64,000 bases of DNA from the human T2T-CHM13v2.0 reference genome, Homo sapiens. Under the pieces are notes generated by a model. It was not told the DNA's origin. It made no database searches and saw only the letters and a program-made list of their open reading frames with translations. A program made the translations under genes and the position numbers. The stretch lies in NCBI RefSeq assembly GCF_009914755.1, contig NC_060926.1. One strand, written 5' to 3'. Shown piece after piece: positions 55,178 to 64,000 of the stretch (position 1 is its first letter; every line of letters starts with the position of its first letter).

Positions 55178-56443
55178 TGTGAGTTTATTTTGGTTTCTGT
55201 TAAATGCTCATAATTAGCTGAACTCAGATGTCAGTGAAGGTCAATTGTTGGCAAAATGCAAACTCTAAATAGTGTCTTGTATGTGAACTTACCTATACCT
55301 ATTACCTATTAAGGAGAATAAATGCTTTGACACAGTTTTTCACACCGTAAGAACGGGCAGAATTTGCTTGGGGCTGCCTCTTTAATGTCTCCCAAATAGT
55401 AACTCCCTCTCTGAGGACCACAGGTAGAGTGTCCCCCAAGGGGGACCTGAGTGCTTGGGGTTTGCCCTGTCACATGCAATGTAGAACCATCTCTTAAGAC
55501 TCAAAACCTTCCAGCCTTGTCATGCTGCTGCCACCGCCACTATCTTTCAGGTTTCAAGAACAGCGATGTCAGGAGCTCCAGAAGCTTTCTCACCAGGGGT
55601 GGGGCTCCGCCAGCCCAATAAATCAGCAGGAAAATAATAAATAGATGCTCTCACTGCCCCTCCAGAGGAGACTTGTGCAATTACCCCCACCCATGCTGCT
55701 GTGCCACTCCTGCCTGGGACTAGGGAAACTCAAAAGGGTGAGGGGTGCCTCCATCCCTCGAGACAATGAGCCAAGTCTCTGAGAGGGGTGAGCAAGGTGC
55801 TGGAGGCAGTGCCTGTGGAGGGGGTGGGCCCTGAAGATTGAGATCTTCTTGGCTGTGTTGAAACTGAGTCTCGTGCTGGGCCTGGAGGCACAGAGCCATC
55901 TGCAGATAAGCAAGCTGGGCTGGAAGTCTGGGTCAAGATGGGGCTCACCTCTGCAAACAGCCTGCTTGGCAGTGCCGTGAGAACCAAGGTTTGAACATGC
56001 CTACTTGCTTGTGGCTTTGGCCTCCACAGCGAGGCAGGGGGAGTGACGGGGGAGAAAAAGTGTTGAAATGTCAACAGGAAGGCTGAGGTAGTTCTCATGG
56101 GTGGCTGCATCAGGGTGGCAACTGGGCTAGGAAGGGAGGACTCGGACTTGGTGGGGTCTGGGAGGAGCTTCTCATCAGGGATTGCTAAGGGGGTGGTCCT
56201 TGTATCTCCTCCAGGAGATTCTAAATTATTTCCCAGGTTAAAACATCTCTTCCAACTCCTATGTCTTAAAAATTTAAGTAGTGAGGCCCAGAGAGGGAAG
56301 CTGACAGACCCAAAATTGCACAGCTCATGGGGACAGTCAGAAATGCTCAGTTCTCCTGGCTGATAGACCAAGCCACTTTTCATTATGCTCCTGATCAGGG
56401 CAAAATACATACATTCAAACATACATACATACACACATATACA

Positions 56444-56665
56444 CATATAGAAAATAAGACAACAGATTGAAAGTTTAACTTGGAGTGAAAATGCTTCTGC
56501 CAGGTAGATAGAGGGCCCCAAGAATCCCCTGCATGATCTCCTCAGCATCTGCTGCTTCCTCACTGCCCCCCCAGTGTTGCACAACCAATCCATGGGAAAG
56601 GGCCTTTTTCTAGCAATAGATCTTTAATCTTATATCACAGATGAACTTCTAGTTTTTAGTTAAGG
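56444..56665 (+). repeat. ~222-bp dispersed direct repeat, copy 2
   Basis: see 54190-54414. Confidence 0.92.
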
Positions 56666-57352
56666 TTCCATTTGGTCATTCAAGAGGTAGCCCATTGGCA
56701 TAACTTTGATGAGACCACAAAGAAAGAAATCTTTGGTACAATTCAACTACCTGTAGGACCCCCTGACCCTGGAGTGGAGTCTTCCTGGAATTTCTTTTTT
56801 TAAATTATTTATTTATTTATTTTTTGGTGATGCTGGGAGGTGATGGAGCAGGGAGAAGAATTCTGCTCACTGAGTAAATGTCATCCAAAATCGACACACA
56901 TTGTCATTTTATGAATCTCTAAAGAACTTATATGTGGGGTATCACTCCCTTGAAAAAGTTGAGAGGTTGGTGGGGAATATGCCCCAGGGGAAAAACCCAA
57001 AGGCAGGAGAGAAGCCCAAGGGCAGGCTGGGACAAGGAGAGGCCCAAAGCTCATGCCATAGTCAGCCGCTAAGAGCAGGCAACACAGGTGGCCTCAGTGG
57101 GTGCCTCTTCCATGTTTGGGAATCTCCAGGAAAATGTCATATTCCTTTCATGCCTCACTGTATCCATGTCAAAGGCAGCTCTTCATACACTGAATGGAAA
57201 GGAAGTGTTTCCTACTGGTTAGAAATGCAAACTCTGGAACCTGATTGCCAGGTGGGGTTCTCAGCTCCACCACTCAGCTGCGAAATCCTGAGCAGGTTAG
57301 TTAACCTTTATGCCTCCATCCTCTCATCTGTAAAATGGGAATGATAATAGTA

Positions 57353-58070
<718 letters not shown>

Positions 58071-58995
58071 TGCTCCATCACAGGGTAGTTACTGAGGCTT
58101 ACATAATTATGTGAAGCACCTAAAATAATTCCCAGCAAAAAGTGTTACGTTATTATAAGTGGTATTCTCTCTTCTAAACATAAATCTTATTTTCTCTGTT
58201 TTGTGAAATGTGGCCAATATGAGAGAGAGAGTGCTCGGTAAATTAATAGAAGCTTCTCCACCTTCTCATTCATTCATTTAACATGTACCATGGTTGTATT
58301 TTTTCTTTCTTTCTTTTTTAAGTAAAAAAGCCATAGATGAGACACAACTACCCAAATATAGCTTCAGGCACAGCTTAGTTTCCTCTTGTTTCTCCTGGAT
58401 CTCCAGCTGTTCTCCACAAATGTGTAATTGTCCCAGCTGCTTGCTGGAGACATCGGCCCAGTGCCTCTCCCAGGTGAATGACTGGCAGCAGCCTGGCACA
58501 CTTGGGTCCCACCTGGGCACCCAGCAGGAACATTTGCATATTCCCTAGGTTTGCCTTTTGAAATTCCACACCAATAATTAAGGATTTCTAATTCTCTGGT
58601 AATTGAGTACCATTTGGGACTGATTAAGCAGATACGATCTAAATAATTATCTATTACAGCTTTGCTTTCCTTTGTGTGGGCTATGAATGACTTGTCAAAA
58701 GTGAACATCAAGTATTTCTCCCACCTGGCTCTTATTGTGTCTGATATATTCTCCCTCCTCCTCCCAACTGCTTCTCCCCCTTTCTACCCTTTCTCTGCTC
58801 TTGTCTCTCTTCCTCCCTCTCCTTCTTTTGCCACACTTTGCCACAGTCCCACACCGTGATAAAATCAACCTCCAGTGTTTCTACGGAATTCAAAATCAAA
58901 TAAGCGACAGGACAATTTTTTTTTAAAACTCAGTGGTAGAATTGACTGGGTGGTTAGGTGACCCTCTTTAGAACCATCTCTATTTCACCACTTAA

Positions 58996-59493
58996 CCCTT
59001 TTCCTGTTTAGAAAAAAGCCAGTGCTCATTTAATTTTACATAGACACACTTTTTGAGGCTGAAGCAAACTGACTGATTTTCAATGTGAAAATGAAGTATA
59101 AAAACCATTCTTGGAGTTATTTCTAAACAGAACTAACATCAGAATCTTCTGAATCATCACAATTGTCTATTTTGGAAAAATCAGATCCATCGAATGAATC
59201 TTCGGCCAACAACTATTTGAGAATGATAGCTAACATCACGTGTAGGAATGCTATGTTTTCTAGGATTTGACATTTTCGGTGATGGAGAATTACTGCATTT
59301 TGTAAATGGAAATGCTGCTACTAAAAACAGAATGCTATCAATAGAATGATGTCTCTTGTTTCCAAAGTCAATGTACTAGAGCGATGAGCAAATAATAATC
59401 AAAGTGAGATATTTCGCAGCAAAGTTATCTCGGAGTAAATGCTGTAGCCACAAGCGTGGCCAGTGAGTATTCTCAGAGCAAATGGAAAAAGCG
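58996..59493 (-). mobile_element. MER75 piggyBac non-autonomous element
   Basis: ttaa|cccttttcctgttt ... aaatggaaaaagcg|ctaa: piggyBac TTAA target and CCCTTTTCC TIR; ~500 bp. Confidence 0.88.
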
Positions 59494-60091
59494 CTAAGAA
59501 ATGGTGGCAGAGGAAGTTTAAGTAACTTGCCCAACATCACACAACTACTAAATGATAGAACATGGATAACATGTATGAGAATGTGTATCAAAAACGGACC
59601 CCCTTTTCATTCAAAGTAATCCTGGGGTCCACAGGGACCCCTCCCCCACAGGCCTAAATGTCTTTTCATTCAACACTCTATCACTGCAGTGGAAGTCCCC
59701 TATGCATCCAAAGGCCAAATGCTAGGGATCCATGGTCTCTTTCACTTCCAGCAACAGCCTCTTGCTCCCTGCGGGCGGGGACCGCGTCCTATTGGCCTTC
59801 ATCCACTTCTTCAGCACTCAGTTCAGTGTTCAACACATGGTAGGTCCTCTCATTTTGTGAACGAATTGAAGAGTTTTGTGAATGCATGGAAGAGTTCCTA
59901 GGGCTTCCAAATGCAGGCTGGTCCTCATTGATTTGGGTACCAGTGGGGAACATGCACACCTTAATTGTCCCATCTCTGTCTTGTCTCTAATAAGGTTGCT
60001 CACGTTCCTTCTGTCATACACTAGGGTGCCTAAATGTGCTGGGGACACAGTGGATACGCAAAAGGTTCTTGTCAGATTAGACTACTAATAG

Positions 60092-60434
<343 letters not shown>

Positions 60435-60745
60435 TTTCTTTTCTTTTTTTTTTTTTTTTGAGACAACGGAATTTCACTCTTGTTGCCCAAGCTGGAGTGC
60501 AGTGGCCTATCTCAGCTCACCACAACCTCTGCCTCCCAGGTTCAAGCGATTCTCCTGCCTCAGCCTCCTGAGTAGCTGGGATTACAGGCGCCCACCACCA
60601 CGCCTGGCTAATTTTTTGTATTTTTAGTAGAAACAGGATTTCACCATGTTGGCCAGGCTGGTCTCGAACTCCTGACCTCAGGTGATCCACCTGCCTTAGC
60701 CCCGCAAAGTGCTGGGATTACAGGTGTGAGCTACCGTGCCCAGCC
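60435..60745 (-). mobile_element. AluSq-like
   Basis: ggaatttcactcttgttgccc; TSD tagggcaggt brackets both Alus (60102, 60746). Confidence 0.93.
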
Positions 60746-61066
60746 TAGGGCAGGTTTTTAAAAGAAAAGAAGGGTGCTTGTCTAGTCCCTCAGCTGAAGA
60801 TTGTAAAGGACACCTAGCTCCCCTGCCCCACTACCCATTTGTTGGTCTCACCTGTCAGCATAGATTGTTGGTAGTAGAGTCATAGTTTCTTCAGGGGACT
60901 CACAGTCAAATGGTTGACAGCCCACTTACCTCACATTTTAGAGTCTCCAAGAATTCCTAGGCTGTGGGCAGATGATTTGACCTGACCATTCACTAACTAA
61001 TTTCTAATTGTTAAAACCATCCCAGGAGCAGGAGTGAAAATTCACCAAATAGCTTTTGTTTTAGAT

Positions 61067-61146
61067 CGGGGTGTCCAATTTTTTGGCCACATTCAAAGCT
61101 GTCCTGGGCCACATGCAGGCCACAGGCTACAGGTTGGATAAGCATG
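61067..61146 (+). mobile_element. 80-bp internally deleted MER30
   Basis: cggggtgtccaattttttggc + cacattcaaagctgtcctgggcc...ggttggataagcatg; perfect 8-bp TSD ttttagat. Confidence 0.85.
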
Positions 61147-61449
61147 TTTTAGATAAAACCTAGCTTTAAATCAAACCTAGCTTGGAATGGTAGTCTTTTT
61201 CCATTTAATATATCTTATGTGCATATGTCTGGGCTTCAGAGGCCAAACTCGCAGATAGCTTCCTTTCAGGCACTCTCTACAATGTAGGAGGGTTGCTTTA
61301 TTCATCTCTTGAAGGCTTTTTTTTCCCCATTAGTAAAATAAGGGTTTTTCTCTGAGGCCTTATCCACAAATCTAAATTTTTAAGATTCTATGATGGTGGA
61401 GGTAGGACAAGAATGAGTCGTGAGACTATAATACAGGAACACCTCATTT

Positions 61450-61885
61450 AAAAAAAAATGTATTTTATTTTAAGTTCTAGGATACATGTGCAGAATGTGT
61501 AGGTTTGTTAATGGGTAAATGTGTGCCATGGTGGTTTGCTGCACTTATCAACCCATCACCTAGGTATTAAGCTCCACATGCATTAGCTATTTATCCTGAT
61601 GCTCTCCCTCCCCCTACCCCCCACCACAGGCCCTGGGGTCTGTTGTTTCCCTCCCTTTGTCCATGTGTTCTCATTGTTCAGCTCCCACTAATGGGTGAGA
61701 ACATGCTGTGTCTGGTTTTCTGTTCCTGTGTTAGTTTGCTGAGGATGATGGCTTCCAGCTTCATCCATGTCCCTGCAAAGGACACGATCTAATTCCTTTT
61801 TATGGCTGTATAGTATTCTGTGGTGTGTGTGTACCATATTTTCTTTATCCAGCCTGTCCCTGATGGGCATTTGGGTTGATTCCAC
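61450..61885 (-). mobile_element. 5'-truncated L1PA (L1PA8-like) 3' end
   Basis: taagttctaggatacatgtgcag...gccatggtggtttgctgcac...gggttgattcca; TSD gaacacctcattt/gaatacctcattt. Confidence 0.92.
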
Positions 61886-61915
61886 GAATACCTCATTTTA
61901 CTGTGCTTTGCTTTA

Positions 61916-62293
<378 letters not shown>

Positions 62294-62320
62294 TTATTAT
62301 TATTGTATCTGTTATGGTGA

Positions 62321-62703
<383 letters not shown>

Positions 62704-63726
62704 GAAAAGTGCTTGAAGGAAATTAAAAGTGCTACTTCACTGAACACATACATGATAAGAAAGGGAAACAGTCTTATTGCTGATAAGGAGAGGGTTTGAG
62801 TGGTCTGGATAAATGATCAAACCAGCCACAACATTCCCTTAAGCCAAAGCCTAATCCAAAGCAAGGCGTTAACTCTCTTCAATTCTGTGAAGGCTGAGAA
62901 AGCTGAGGAAGCTGCAGAAGAAAAGAGTGAAGCTGCCGGAAGTTGGTTAATGAGGTTCAAAGAAAGAACCCGGTCCATAACATAAAAGTGCAAGATGAAG
63001 CAGCAAGTACTAATGTAGAAACTGCAGCAAGTTATCCAGAAGATCTAGCTAAGATCATGGATGAAGGCGGCCATGCTAAACAATAGATTTTCCATGTAGA
63101 CGAAATATTGGAAGAATATTTTGATTCTACTGAAAGTTTCTATTGGAAGAAGATGCCATCCAGGACTTTCTTTCCTAACGAGGAGTAGCCAATGCCTGGC
63201 TTCAAAACTTTAAAGGACAGGCTGACTCTCTTGTTGGGGGCTAATGCAGCTGGTGACTTTAAGTTGAAGCCAATACTCATTTACCATTCCAAATATCCTA
63301 GGCCCTTAAAATTAATGATAAGTCTACTCTGCCTGTACTCTATAAATGGGACAATTCCTGGATGACATTGGTTTACACCATAATTTACTGAATATTTTAA
63401 GCCCAATATTGAGACCTACTGCTCAGAAAAAGATTCCTTTCAAAATATTTCTGCTCATTTACAGTGTACCTAGTCACTCAAGAGCTTTGGCCAAGATGTA
63501 CAAGGAGATTAATGTTGTTTTCATACCTGCTAACACAACATCCATTCTGTAGCCCATAGATCCAGGAGTTATTTAATTATTTTGGCTTTCAAGCCTTATT
63601 ATTTAAGAAACACATATCATAAGGCTATAGCTGTCATAGTGATTTCTCTTATGGATCTGGGCAAAGTACACTGAAAACTTCTGGAAAGAATTTACCATTC
63701 TAGATGCCATTAAAAATATTCATGAT

Positions 63727-63998
<272 letters not shown>

Positions 63999-64000
63999 GA

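Noticed and set aside
55431-55446. Inverted repeat gtccccc-aa-gggggac (EBF-like)
   Set aside because: Single short motif with no supporting context.
62800-63552. Possible domesticated TIGD1-like gene
   Set aside because: Transposase is fragmented, lacks its start and is interrupted by Alus: a dead Tigger1.

Overview
Primate (human-like) nuclear DNA, intergenic or deep-intronic, roughly half interspersed repeats. I see no credible protein-coding exon, tRNA, rRNA or CRISPR array; most listed ORFs are Alu, LTR or low-complexity read-throughs. Contents: about 22 Alu/FLAM pieces, many MIR/L2 relics, an old L1M 5' half, an L1PA 3' end, a CR1/L3 RT relic, a full-length THE1 MaLR provirus, many MaLR/ERVL solo LTRs (MLT1, MST, MLT2A1), a partial ERV-L provirus, DNA transposons (MER58B, MER5, MER33, Charlie4a-like, Tigger4, Tigger1, piggyBac MER75, mini-MER30) and a Y4 RNA retropseudogene. 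Most unusual items: (1) a decayed apolipoprotein A-IV-like coding fragment lying antisense inside an ERV-L LTR; (2) two local templated copy-insertions without TSD or poly(A); (3) several three-level nested insertions with readable TSDs; (4) DUX4-type motifs in MLT2A1 and both THE1 LTRs. I found no convincing new multi-gene system. Family and subfamily names come from recalled consensus sequences, not a database search.
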